DNA of 64,000 nt from Octopus vulgaris (taxonomy: Eukaryota). A program made the position numbers and the translations under genes. Every line of letters starts with the position of its first letter. Positions within the stretch are counted from its first letter, which is position 1. The stretch is from positions 22,010,001 to 22,074,000 of the forward strand of contig OX597815.1 of NCBI GenBank assembly GCA_951406725.2, given 5' to 3'. Of the stretch, positions 1 to 11,812 are shown in pieces. The notes under the pieces are model-generated. The model had not been told where the DNA came from. It ran no database searches and saw nothing but the letters and a program-made list of their open reading frames with translations.

Positions 1-290
1 AAGTCTGTCGTATATATATATGTATATATATATGTATATATATATATATGTATATGTATATATGTGTGTGTGTGTGTGTTTGTGTGTCTGTGTTTGTCCC
101 CCTAGCATTGCTTGACAACCGATGCTGGTGTGTTTAGGTCCCCGTCACTTAGCGGTTCGGCAAAAGAGACCGATAGAATAAGTACTGGGCTTACAAAGAA
201 TAAGTCCCGGGGTCGATTTGCTCGACTAAAGGCGGTGCTCCAGCATGGCCGCAGTCAAATGACTGAAACAAGTAAAAGAGTAAAAGAGTA
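1..290 (+). mobile_element. tRNA-derived SINE family B, 3' part with internal (TA)n(TG)n tract; 5' end lies outside the window
   Basis: Body CTTGACAACCGATGCTGG...GGCGGTGCTCCAGCATGGCCGCAGTCAAATGACTGAAACAAG with a (TAAAAGAG)n tail. The same body recurs at 9186, 13047, 13810, 27422, 50915 and 61860. Confidence 0.9.
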
Positions 291-656
291 TATGTTGCCT
301 GTGTGTGTATGCAGATTAGATGCTCATGTGTGTCAGTGAGTATGGTATCCGGTATTCTGTTTGTATGCGCGTGTCTCGTCGGTTCTGTGTGTCCCCCCCC
401 GGTTCTGTGGGTTTATTGTGCGGTATGTGTAATGTGATGCGTGCATGCATGAATGTGTGCGTGTGTAATATGTAGAGTGAATAGTGTTATTGTGTGGTGT
501 ACGAAGTGAAACGTGGCTGCAATGTGCATAGCCATTATAAATAGAAGAATTTAGTACATGTCTGTGTGCCTGGTGTATATTGTTGGATCTAGGTATGTGC
601 ACATTGATACATGTGTCTTAGTGCATGTGCTGGTGGATATATATATATATATATAT

Positions 657-1040
657 AATTAATCAATATAGGGTGGCAAAAAAAATTTTGTAGAATTCTT
701 TTGCCACCAGCGGCCTAGTAGGAAAAAATTAAAATAGTCATAGACCATTTTTAAGTTCAACATCAACAATAAAGGAACGGCCATAATAGGCCATTCACCC
801 ACTAGAAATAACAGCCAAAGCTTCAATCCGCAAATAAAAGTTAATTCAGTAAACCAGGAGAAAATTTAAAAATTTAAAAATTTAAAAATTTAAAAATTTA
901 AAAATTAAAAATTTAAAAATTACAGGGTAAATGTTTTTAAATTTTCTCCTGGTTTACTGAATTAACTTTTATTTGCGGATTGAAGCTTTGGCTGTTATTT
1001 CTAGTGGGTGAATGGCCTATTATGGCCGTTCCTTTATTGT

Positions 1041-1044
<4 letters not shown>
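657..1044. mobile_element. (TA)n-flanked element with a perfect 111-bp inverted repeat; probable Penelope-like inverted terminal remnant
   Basis: Arms 762-872 and 934-1044 are reverse complements. The spacer contains (AAAAATTT)n, and (TA)n flanks both sides. The PLE assignment is inferred from architecture only. Confidence 0.6.
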
Positions 1045-1078
<34 letters not shown>

Positions 1079-1083
<5 letters not shown>

Positions 1084-1300
1084 ATCCAAACATGAAAACA
1101 CAAAAAGAAAACACAACAGCGCGAGGACGTGGAACAAATATAGTATTATTGGACGCTCAGGAAAGAAGGAGAGAAGGAGGGTTTAACGTTTCGAGCGGAG
1201 CTCTTCGTCGGAAACATAGGAGAAGGAAAGATCCAGAGAAGGGAAGACAGAGGAAAAAAATCGCCAACGGTACACACGCGGTCACATTTTGAATGATGTC
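1079..1300 (-). mobile_element. Penelope-like pLTR remnant, family P1 copy 1, with minimal hammerhead motif at 1181-1215
   Basis: Close match to 50372-50585 and, inverted, to 22730-22890; abuts (TA)n. Minus strand reads GUUU-CCGACGA-A-GAGC(UCC)GCUC-GAAA-CG-UU-AAAC. Confidence 0.75.
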
Positions 1301-1679
1301 ACAAGATAGATAGATAAGTCGGGTTGGCTTAGATGGTTGTGATATTTCGAGGTGCGTCGTAATAAGCTATTCGCGTTTTAACCGGGACGGGAGAGAATAG
1401 GTTACAGACAGATACGCACACAACACACACACACACATAAATGACACTGCACTTACATAATTCTTTCTACAAATATTCATGCTTGAATACATACGTACAA
1501 ACGCTCATGCAACACAACAAACCATAACAGACATACAAACTTCTCAGTGCACACATGCACACACAAACTGCGTCACATACAGAGAAGAATCATCTATTTA
1601 ATCTCTTTTCAATCGATCCCTTAATCGTGAAGCATTTTTCATTCATTCTCGAGTATGTATAATTTTGCTTCACGGATCT

Positions 1680-1740
<61 letters not shown>

Positions 1741-1862
1741 GTATGTATGTATATATATATATATATATAATATGAAGGAATATTATTCCAAACTTACAGG
1801 GAAAAATTTAATTTTATATATATATATAATATATACACATATATATATACATACATACATGC

Positions 1863-1899
<37 letters not shown>

Positions 1900-1916
1900 C
1901 ACACACACAAATATAT

Positions 1917-1955
<39 letters not shown>

Positions 1956-2371
1956 CACATACATATATATATATGTGTGTGTCCTATTATATTATCTTAT
2001 TCTCTGTCTGAAGACTTTGTAGTAGGAAGATATATGTTTCGCCTACATGTATAGTTTTGTAAGTCCTGTTAGCATATGAAACATGTGTAATGGTGAATAA
2101 ATAATACCTGCTTTGATACGCATTGACAAAAATAACACACACACATACATACATGCATATAAGTGTGTGCCTGCATCTATGTTCAGTGGGAATGTAAGTT
2201 CAGTATAAACCCGCATAATTTCTATATCCACCTATAAAACTAAACTTCGTAATACATAGGTTTTTCTATTTAAGCAATCAGTTAACTGATTTCATTCACT
2301 GTGAAGTGTAAATACCCTGTCTTGTTCCCTTTTCACTTTCTGCATCGTTTTCTTCTTTGTAATATCAGTGA

Positions 2372-2697
2372 GTGAGGGCGCATGGCTTAGTGGTTAGGGC
2401 ATTCGGCTCATGATCGTAAGGTTGTGAGTTCGATTCCCGGCGACGCGTTGTGTCCTTGAGCAAGACACTTTATTTCACGTTGCTCCAGTCCACTCAGCTG
2501 GCAAAAATGAGTTGTACTTGTATTTCAAAGGGTCAGCCTTGTCACTCTCTGTGTCACGCTGATTATCCCCGAGAACTACGTTAAGGGTACACGTGTCTGT
2601 GGAATGCTCAGCCATTTGCACGTTAATTTCACGAGCAAGCTGTTCCGTTGATCGTATCAGCTGGGACCCTCGTCGTCGTAACCGGTGGAGTCTTTAG
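2372..2697 (+). mobile_element. tRNA-derived SINE family C1 with V-domain-like core
   Basis: A box TGGCTTAGTGG, B box GTTCGATTCC, and GTGTCCTTGAGCAAGACACTT motif. TSD AATATCAGTGA at 2361-2371 and 2698-2708. Confidence 0.9.
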
Positions 2698-2940
2698 AAT
2701 ATCAGTGAAACGTATGATACAGTCTAGTGTATTTTAAGCGATTGTATTTAACCAATTAATATCATTTGTCAAAGGATAAGCTAACAGTGATGAAGTTGTT
2801 CTTCACAATCAATTACTAATAAAAGATAATGGAAATAAATATATTCGAAAGAAAATTGTCTAATCATTACATCCAGGTTAATCCCCTAAGCCATCAATTA
2901 ATCCCCTCAATATCTTCTTAAACATCATATATTGTTATAT

Positions 2941-3324
2941 AGGAGGCGCAATGGCCCAGTGGTTAGGACAGCGGACTCGCGGTCATAGGATCGCGGTTTC
3001 GATTCCCAGACCGGGCGTTGTGAGTGTTTATTGAGCGAAAACACCTAAAGCTCCACGAGGCTCCGGCAGGAGATGGTGGTGATCCCTGCTGTACTCTTTC
3101 ACCACAACTTTCTCTCACTCTTACTTCCTGTTTCTGTTGTACCTGTATTTCAAAGGGGCCGGCTTTGTCACTCTCTGTGTCACGCTGAATATCGCCGAGA
3201 ACTACGTTAAGGGTGCACGTGTCTGTGGAGTGCTCAGCCACTTACACGTTAATTTCACGAGCAGGCTGTTCCGTTGATTTGGATCAACCGGAACCCTCGT
3301 CGTCGTAACCGACGGAGTGCTTCC
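2941..3324 (+). mobile_element. tRNA-derived SINE family C2 (different head, same 3' half as C1)
   Basis: A box TGGCCCAGTGG and B box TTTCGATTCC. About 180 bp of the 3' region is shared with 2515-2692. 13-bp TSD TATATTGTTATAT at 2928-2940 and 3325-3337. Confidence 0.9.
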
Positions 3325-4283
3325 TATATTGTTATATGTACACCTATGCGCACGGATACGTCTCCACATATACTATAGTATATATATTATTTGGTAGGGA
3401 CAAATATCTCATACGCACAGAAACAAGCACTACATAGGTACATGCGCCTATATGCATAAATGCATGACTATATGTGTGTAAGTATTAATCGATTACTCGG
3501 GTGTTAATGTGGTGCGACTTGTGCTTTTATTTAATCGTACTTGCGATGCGGTATTGATTGTTATAGGCAGCCACTTTATGTTCGTTGCAACACTGATGTT
3601 TTAATAATTATATGAACACAACTTACAATCAACTCTTCATTTTGAGTCAATAGCGTTGATTGTCTGATAAATATATATATATATATATACTACAAAATTA
3701 GAGAATGGAGAAACATACTTAAATCAGTAAAACATCAACTATCCGATGATACTCAATCCATACTTTAATACACCATTACATATGAGTAAAGGCAATATAT
3801 AAAATGAAATGAGATATACAGTAATAGTAAAAGTAAAAAGATAAAGAGATATAAGTAAAAAATTTTCAAATATTTATCCCATGGTGGGTTGAATTTTCAA
3901 CCCCTATCTCATTTTATATATATATATATATACATCTGACCACGATAGGTCATGAATCAGATTTAGTTTATCCTATTAATTGGAAGAATACAGAAATATT
4001 GTATACTATAAGCACACAAATAAAAATGGACTTGTGTGCGCGTGTGTGTGTGCGTGGGTGTGCGTGGGTGTGCGTGGGTGTGCGTGGGTGTGTGTGCGTG
4101 TGTGTTTCAGAGGTTTTTCCCGAAGTCAAGCCATCGACTGTCTCTCCTATGCCAATAATATAATATAGCAATCTCTAGGTCATTTGAAATTATTTGAATC
4201 ACGTAAAATAGTTTAACAAAGCATTTTTGAGCAAAAGTATTCTGAAGGAAAGATTCCGACTTCAAAGAAAGGTTATTGCTTAC

Positions 4284-4348
4284 TTGCGAAGTCATTCTTT
4301 CTTTGTATATCGCTACAGTAATCATTTATATTCCGAGTTATCTTTTGT
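4284..4348 (-). other. Candidate 65-nt spliceosomal exon of an unidentified gene
   Basis: Acceptor TTTTTATGTTTAG and donor GTAAGC. One frame is fully open (QKITRNINDYCSDIQRKNDFA) and is phase-compatible with the 5182-5356 candidate. No homology recognised. Confidence 0.35.
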
Positions 4349-4390
4349 CTAAACATAAAAAGTGGAACCAGTAAAATTTTCAAATATCTT

Positions 4391-4785
4391 TTCTACTTTA
4401 GACACAAGACCCGAAATTTGGGGGAAGGGGCCTATCGATTAGATCGACCCCAGTACGAAACTAGTACTTACTTAATCGACCCCGAAAGGATGAAAAGCAA
4501 AGTCGACCTCGGCGGAATTTGAACTCAGAACGTAGCGGCAGACAAAATACCTATTTCTTTTCTACCCACAAGGGGCTAAACACAGAGGGGACAAACAAGG
4601 ACAGACAAACAGATTAAGTCGATTACATCGACCCCAGTGCGTAGCTGGTACTTATTTAATCGACCCCGAAAGGATGAAAGGCAAAGTCGACCTCGGCGGA
4701 ATTTGAACTCAGAACGTAGCGGCAAACGAAATACTGCTAAGCATTTCGCCCGTCGTGCTAACGTTTCTGCCAGCTCGCCGCCTTA
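4391..4785 (-). mobile_element. tRNA-derived SINE family A (Meta-domain-like core), head-to-tail dimer
   Basis: Head GGCGGCGAGCTGGCAGAAACG. Core GCCTTTCATCCTTTCGGGGTCGAT..AAGTACCAG is present twice. TSD TTTTCAAATATCTT on both sides. Confidence 0.9.
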
Positions 4786-5181
4786 AGTTTTCAAATATCT
4801 TACTGATATTCGGATAGCATTGTAATAGTTTCGAGTATTATGTGCCAAAATACTGACAAACAAAATACTAACGCTTCGTAACAGTATAGTCAATCTAATA
4901 AAGTAGATCCAACTCTAAGGTGTTGACTCTCCAAAATGTATGGGTTTGATGTATGTTTAGAGGGAGAGGTTGTGACATTCCTAATTATATAAAATGAATA
5001 AGAGATGTAAATTAGGTAACGAAACAAAACCTACTCATTGGAATCAGAGCCTATACATTATTTTCATTTAACGACAATTGCTGTTGGACATGCATTCACC
5101 GTAAACTAACTATTAACGGAGATAAAAAAAAATACTGTTAGATGCTTATTTCGATTGAAAAAGATGGCAAATATTTTCTAC

Positions 5182-5377
5182 CTTAATATTCTGAAGTAGG
5201 TAGAGAGCAAACGACTTCCGCTTTTTCTAAAACTTCTGCCTTGTGGGTGGATGTCGATTGCTTGTCTTTGAATCACTTCTCTTCTGTAAAGGATGATATA
5301 GCCTTGAATAAAGTATTTGATTTTCGAAGCAGTAACTGAAGACGCTTCACTGGGAACTGTAATTTATGACCATATAT
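5182..5377 (-). other. Candidate exon (acceptor giving start at 5377 or 5356; donor AG|GTAGAA)
   Basis: From 5356 there is a 57-codon open frame, PSEASSVTASKIKYFIQGYIILYRREV...LSTYFRIL, ending in phase 2. From 5377, frame 0 gives IYGHKLQFPVKRL...FTEEK-stop. Confidence 0.3.
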
Positions 5378-5499
5378 CTGTGAAAGCAATACGAAAAAGT
5401 GGATATTACGTATATTTGAAGTGTTAAACTAAAATTGCTGTTAACGTCAGTTCTTGTCAAAATTTGTTAGTTTTCCGACATCAAGTTATTTTGTGCTTA

Positions 5500-6342
5500 C
5501 GAGGATCAGCTGAAAATTTAATAGGCTGATCAAAATACTCTCATGGAATGTGACCAAATGAGGCTTATTTTTCAACATAATCACCCGTGTGGTTCACACA
5601 CGTCTTCCGCCGGAAGAAGCTTTCATCCGGCTGGTAAAAAAAGTCAACAGCAGATATGACGCCATTATCACTATAACACTGGTTCTCAGCTAAGTATTTT
5701 TCCATGCTGGGGGTCAGATGATAGTTAGGTAGGACCAAATCAGGAGAATAAGGAGGGTAGTCAGCCAGTTCAAAACCACAGTCACGCACATCAATTGGAA
5801 CCAAGATTTTGTGTACTGGAGCATTATCCTAATGAAACAAGACCCCTTTCATCAGCTTTCCTGGGCTTTTGTCTTTAACAGCCTTTCGTAACTACCTCAG
5901 CAAGTTGGCACAATACTCTCCATTCATGGTGTAGCCCTTTTGAAGAAGTCAATAAACACAATGCTTTTTGCATTCCAAAAACCTGAGGCCATTACCTTCC
6001 CTACAGAAGAAATATTTTTGGCCTTCTTCGGAATCGACAATGAGGAGGAATGTTTCCACTGCATGGATTCTCTCTTTGTCTCTGGTGCAAAGTGATGTAG
6101 CCAACATTCATCCTGAGTTTGAAAACGTTTAAGTAAACCGGCTGGATCTGCCTGAATATCAGATTTTCCCTTGGTGTGATCAGTTGCCAGAAAACATGGT
6201 CCACACCGAACAAAAACCTTCATCATGCGAAGTTCATTGTGCAAAATATTCCCAAATTTCTCACGGAATATGCTTATAGCATTGGCTATTTGATTTATAG
6301 TCAGTAGCCTGTCATCCATCACCATTTGGTGAACAAGATCAA
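5500..6342 (-). mobile_element. Mariner DNA transposon relic: 3' two-thirds of a degraded DD34D-type transposase
   Basis: Motifs QDECWLHHFAPETKRESMQWK, GKVMASGFWNAKSIVFIDF, PPYSPDLVLPNYHL and GDYVEK, with frameshifts. TA followed by a CGAGG terminus at 5498-5504. Confidence 0.92.
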
Positions 6343-6561
6343 GGCAAGATTGTTATGACGTTTGGTTTAATCACTACAAGAACGAGAAATTGATATTATC
6401 TAAATTAAAATGTAGAAATCTCTAGTATTAATATTATCAGCAACTGGAACAATAAATAAATGACTCTATTGATACAACAACAATTGCAGCGTGGAAGGTG
6501 TTTATAAGCCATTTAAGAAACATACAAAAACCGTTAGATTCACTTCAACATTTAAATTTAA

Positions 6562-6612
6562 TTTGTCAAAATATTTTCGTCGCTTTGAGACCCCGACCTG
6601 TTCACTGACAAA
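6562..6612 (-). ncRNA. Minimal type-I hammerhead ribozyme candidate with G3:C8 core, inside a repeat at about 6480-6625
   Basis: UUUGUCA-GUGAACA-G-GUCG(11 nt)CGAC-GAAA-AUAU-UU-UGACAAA: 7-bp stem I, 4-bp stem II and palindromic stem III. Confidence 0.6.
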
Positions 6613-6974
6613 ACTTCGTGCTGCATCATTGATACTATTACATACTTTTGTTTAAGTTTCTTTCATTGTAGGGTTGTTGAATTGTTATTGGTATATTTTA
6701 TAAACCGCCATACATATGCTCACTTAAAAAGAGCGTGGGGAAGTCAGTTATTATGTATTATGCATATACGCCCATGCATATATTGACAGATACAGACAGG
6801 TGTCAGTAAAGGTGTATTTGTGTGCATATCTGCATGTATCTGTGTGTGCGCTGACAGATAGAAAAGGAAATAGCTAAATAGATGCATATATAAAATGGAT
6901 AGTTTGTGTGTGTATGTGCTTGTGTATCTGTGTGTGTATATGAGTGAGTTTGTGCGTGGATGGTAGGGGGTTAA

Positions 6975-7150
6975 TTTTACAAGGTAAAAGTTGGCAGTGG
7001 CCTTGATGCTTGGCTTTCTCGCAAGCATCAAGCAGTCTGATAACAGCCGAAACCTCGAGGCCAGTATCAACTTTTCCTTGTAAAACTAAAATGAATACGT
7101 ATTCTGATGTAAAAACGTATTGAGCAATCCTTTGGTTTAATTTTATTTTA
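6975..7150 (+). repeat. Structured fold-back element, possible PLE terminal remnant
   Basis: About 27-nt imperfect inverted repeat (6975-7002 / 7059-7085) enclosing a TTGATGCTTG/CAAGCATCAA hairpin and GCC-GAAA-CCTCGAGG. Confidence 0.45.
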
Positions 7151-7400
7151 TGTATAATTTCAATGATAAAAAGTTTTTTCTCTGTCCCTGTCTCTCTGTC
7201 TGTCTGTCTCTCTCTTTCACACATACGAATACATACAATTTTTGGACGGTATCTTACATATATGTAACTACATATATATTTCGTGTTACTCTAAGAGGTG
7301 GTGCACGGTACCAGAATTTTCGACTCTAGTCAAACATAACAAACTACTCCGTATAAGTGGAGTCAATACCGCTTCGTTTTGACTGGCACCGAGTCATATT

Positions 7401-7604
7401 AGTTGTAATAATGAAGTTAAGTGAAATAGTGTTATTTTGAAATAATTTAAATCATTTCATGTACGATTCATATTTTTGAAATGTTTAAACTGAGAAAGGT
7501 TTACGTAATGGATCATTTCCTATTGTATATTACGCAAAATCTGAAACGTACGTATTAAATGATTTCAAGATATCACTCTTTGGTTTGACTTCGTTATTAC
7601 AACT
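7401..7604. mobile_element. Old MITE-like element with about 50-bp degenerate terminal inverted repeats
   Basis: AGTTGTAATAATGAAGTTAAGTGAAATAGTGTTATTTTGAAATAATTTAA matches the reverse complement of about 7555-7604 at roughly 80% by eye. Confidence 0.5.
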
Positions 7605-8502
7605 GTATGTGTGTTTATGTGTATGTGCGTACGTGTGTGTGTGTGTTTGTATGCAAGTGTGTAAGCATAAATATGTCTTGCATATAGTGCAAGCTCAAAT
7701 TATGTTTGTAGAAGGGCGAGAGATTGCATACCCAATATCTTAAATATATGTATCTTGTTATGACTGTTTCAGCTCTTTTCCCCATTACTCATTCCTTCGT
7801 TTATGTGGCATAATCTATTCCTCTATTTACACACACAAATTCCCAGAACCATTCCACCTCTGCCCACCACTATGGGTGACCATTTCTTTTAGTTTGTATT
7901 TTAATGTTATTTTTGTTCTTTCACCAAAATTTGCTGATAACTAAAACAAATACAAATCAATCATTGTCAGAGCATGTGATTAATTAGTTAAACACTGGCT
8001 GTTTGTTTGTTTGCTAGATTACAAGTACCATTGTGTATGTATTTGTGTGTGTATGTATGTGTATGTGTGTGCTCATGAGCACGCGTGGTGTGTGAGCGTG
8101 CACGCGTATGTGTGTGTGTGTGTATATATTTGTGAGAGTAGATGTGTATAATTCTGTATGTGTCTGTGTATGATTATCTCTAGCACTAAGCTACACAACA
8201 TTTAATAAAATGTCGTTTGCTAGTGTATGTGTTATTGCATTTATACATGTGTGTATGCGTGTGTGTGTGTATATGTGTGTATGTGTGTATCTGCGTAAAT
8301 GAGTGCGTGCGTGAAAATCTTTATGCGTTTGACAACGTTACAATTTTTATGTGTTTAGTACGTGAAGTTTTATTGTCCCATTGTATTGTGTGAGGTTAGG
8401 TATAAGTGTATATGTGTGATATTTGTTTTATAGGATGTGTTGTGCGTAAGTAGTTTATATTTTGCTTCATACATAGTAAATATATATATATATAAATATT
8501 GA

Positions 8503-8576
<74 letters not shown>

Positions 8577-8592
8577 GTATATGTATATGTAT

Positions 8593-8671
<79 letters not shown>

Positions 8672-9185
8672 CATATATATATATGTGTGTGTGTTTGCGT
8701 GTTTCAATGATTGATTATTTCATGTATCTTTCATAATTGTTTATCTGTGCAATGTGGGATGTATGCCATATGTTTTATACTATCGTACATGTATGCCCCA
8801 TATATATATGTGAGGATATGCACGCATATATATCGATGCATACATGTAAGATACTATCATTGCGTGTATGTGTGTGCGTATATGTGCCTGTGTCCATGAT
8901 TATAATCTGGCTACATGTAACTTCCTAGAATATTTTTACGATGTACTTATGAATACCAGTTTGCTTACAATATGTACATAATAATATATTTCATATTTTT
9001 CATATATGTTTACGCCTGAGTTTCTAAATTGCAATAGATATTTTCAGATAATATTTTTTTTTTACCCTATTGACTATATTTTATTGGTTTTACATAATTA
9101 CGTATATACTGCTGTAAAATTAAGATTTGTATTAGTTTATACACAATGTATTACTACAACTGTGTACATGAAGTTTTCGTATGTA

Positions 9186-9515
9186 TACTCTTTTACTCTT
9201 TTACTTCTTTCAGTCATTTGACTGCGGCCATGCTGGAGCACCGCCTTTAGTCGAGCAAATCGACCCCGGGACTTATTCTTTGTAAGACCAGTACTTATTC
9301 TATCGGTCTCTTTTGCCGAACCGCTAAGTGACGGGGACGTAAACACACTAGCATACGACAGGCTTCTTTCAGTTTCCGTCTACCAAATCCACTCACAAGG
9401 CATTGGTCGGCCCGGGGCTATAGTAGAAGACACTTGCCCAAGGTGCCACGCAGTGAGACTGAACTCGGAACCATGTGGTTGGTTAGCAAGCTACTTACCA
9501 CACAACCACTCCTGC
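9186..9515 (-). mobile_element. SINE family B, copy lacking the internal microsatellite
   Basis: Head GGAGTGGTTGTGTGGTAAGTAGC...GTTCAGTCTC, GGCACCTTGGGCAAGTGTCTTC motif, and the family 3' body and tail. Confidence 0.9.
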
Positions 9516-9547
9516 TTCCTGTATGTATATCTGCATACATACGTGCG

Positions 9548-9594
<47 letters not shown>

Positions 9595-9597
<3 letters not shown>

Positions 9598-9701
9598 CCT
9601 GCTCGTTTAGCCAGCGGGGTGGCGTCATTTCAAGGCTAAAACAATGTGAAGCGCATTGCGATCAGCGATGTGTAGCAGCATCTTATAGCCTGTCGGTCAC
9701 A

Positions 9702-9705
<4 letters not shown>
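9595..9705 (+). mobile_element. About 110-bp dispersed element inside (TA)n; probable retroelement 3' end, copy 1
   Basis: An inverted homologue lies at 32172-32290, and both copies are flanked by (TA)n. Confidence 0.7.
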
Positions 9706-9748
<43 letters not shown>

Positions 9749-9868
9749 TTTTATTTATTGATATGTTCAACCTTAAGGCTGAGACCATACTAGGGCATCG
9801 CCTTATACTAACATATTGTTGACTTTTTCGGCCCCAAAATGAAATAGGTATAATACTCTATATATTGC

Positions 9869-10035
9869 ATTGGCTTCAGATTTTGGCACAGGAGCAACAG
9901 TTTCGAGTGAGGGACCAAGTCGATTACATCGGTCCACGTGTTCAGCTATCGCCCCCGGAAGGTGGTATTAGAACTCAGAGCATAAAATCGAACGAAATGC
10001 CGGCGCGCTAACGTTTCTGCCATCTCGCCACCTTA
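9869..10035 (-). mobile_element. Degraded SINE family A copy
   Basis: GTCGATTACATCG, GAACTCAGAGC and GCTAACGTTTCTGCCATCTCGCCACC blocks. Confidence 0.75.
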
Positions 10036-10728
10036 ATAATTTATTATAATATCAAAATATATAATAAAAAATATCATACTATAATAATATATAAATGGAA
10101 CTGAGCTTGTGGTTTATTATGCATAAGTTTACTAAGTCAAGTAGTTTTTGTAGTATTTTTTTATTGTTAGATTGTATTTGTGTGCAATGCATATTATATG
10201 CTGCTTAACGAGATATTTGGTTACGATTTTACAGCGAGTGTCCTTTTGGTTCAGTTTTTTATTTCAAGTGTAATTAGTTTATATTTTTTTAATAAGCGTA
10301 ATGTCTTACATTCGCATTTAAGTGTATCTATTACACGAGCGTGAACACTCCTACACACATAGACACACATATTTATGTATGTACACAAGCACATACACAC
10401 AAACACACACATGCACACACACGTGCACACGCGCATACACTCATATATATATGTCGAGCTTTTATTGGCGGAAAAATTGGAACAAAATACTTTGTGGATT
10501 TCATTCCGGCTATCTGCGCTCTGAGTTCAAATCACGACCGGAGACATGGACTTTGCCTTTCATCCATTCAAATTGCTCTCTTGGAATTATGTAGTTGATA
10601 GACTAAATGAGTCTAAACAGTCAAGGATTGAGAAATCGTTATGGTTTGATTTGGCATGTGTCTGATATGAAGAGGGGTTTTAGCGAAGAGGGATTTACTT
10701 TCTGCCTATATTTGGATTTATTTCTTAA

Positions 10729-11031
10729 CTAGCAGTATCGCCCGGCGTTGCTCGGGTTTGTAAGGGAAATAACTATATAAGCATTTTTAGAGAGTTACTT
10801 CTCTTATATAATAGCAAAAAAAATGCATTAAAAATGGGAAAAAATGATGGTAATTTTTTTTAAAATCGTAGACTCATCGTAGACGCGCGCTTATACCCAG
10901 AAGGGCTCGATATGAATCACGACTATAAGATACCCGCTTTTGGTTAAACAGCACCTCAAAATGTGGGAGTAGTTAGGAATCTAAATCGTAGGAGACAGAC
11001 ACTCACACAACTTCACTTTTATATATAAAGA
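10729..11031 (-). mobile_element. Non-autonomous Helitron, copy 1
   Basis: Minus strand 5'-TC...CCCGAGCAACGCCGGG hairpin...CTAG-3', inserted between A and T with no TSD. Homologous to 42280-42682. Confidence 0.85.
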
Positions 11032-11043
11032 TATATATGGTAA

Positions 11044-11083
<40 letters not shown>

Positions 11084-11473
11084 ATTCCTTTGTGTATGCA
11101 TGAATATGTGTGTGTGTGCCTGTGTATGTGCGTTTGAGGGTGCGTTCTTCTAGTTAACAGAGATTTTTGCGCAGACAAGATATATGCTTAATGTTTAAGT
11201 ATATTAAATTGCTTATTAATATAATCAAAGATAGAATTATGAGCGATGAAAAACAGGGTCTGGTTACTGTGTGTGCGTGCGTGTGTGTAAAATTACAACA
11301 CACACACACACACACACATACGTAGGAATATTCAGTCTCATCTTATGCTACCTTCGACAAGTATCTTCATTTATACTTTTCAAGTGAATACATTCGTACA
11401 TACAAACACACGCATCTATGTATGTATGTATGTATGTATGTATGTATGTATGTATGTATGTATGTATCTAATA

Positions 11474-11505
<32 letters not shown>

Positions 11506-11523
11506 AATATATATATATATGTG

Positions 11524-11578
<55 letters not shown>

Positions 11579-11582
<4 letters not shown>

Positions 11583-11812
11583 CAAAATGGGACAAGAACG
11601 CAAAACATCCAAATAGACGATACAAAAACACGGACGGGTCATTCAAAGCCTTTAATCTTCAGTCAAGAACCGGATCATCCTCGCAATTTCGGCTGATTAA
11701 TCTTGAGATTGCTCCAATCTGGCCAGCCCCAAGGAAAAACTAAGCTAGGAGCATTAGATTCCTCAGAAAAAGGATCGAATGTGTACGAAACAAGGACAGA
11801 AAAACGGACATA
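11579..11812 (-). mobile_element. (TA)n-embedded element, possible PLE terminal remnant
   Basis: GC-richer island starting directly after (TA)n. Shares a CCTTGRNGCT..GGC...AGCCGAAA...CGAGG pattern with 6996-7062. Confidence 0.4.

Noticed and set aside
2000-2045. CTGAAGA hammerhead-like core (also isolated CTGANGA at about 37029, 40155, 47512 and 49366)
   Set aside because: No matching GAAA, stem III and stem I arrangement.
2377-3010. tRNA genes
   Set aside because: The A/B boxes belong to SINE heads, which lack a complete cloverleaf and continue into SINE bodies with TSDs.
6981-7085. 105-nt in-frame minus-strand exon candidate (LQGKVDTGLEVSAVIRLLDACEK...)
   Set aside because: The donor (GTAAAA) is weak, and the interval coincides with a fold-back repeat structure that explains it more simply. 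Not fully excluded.
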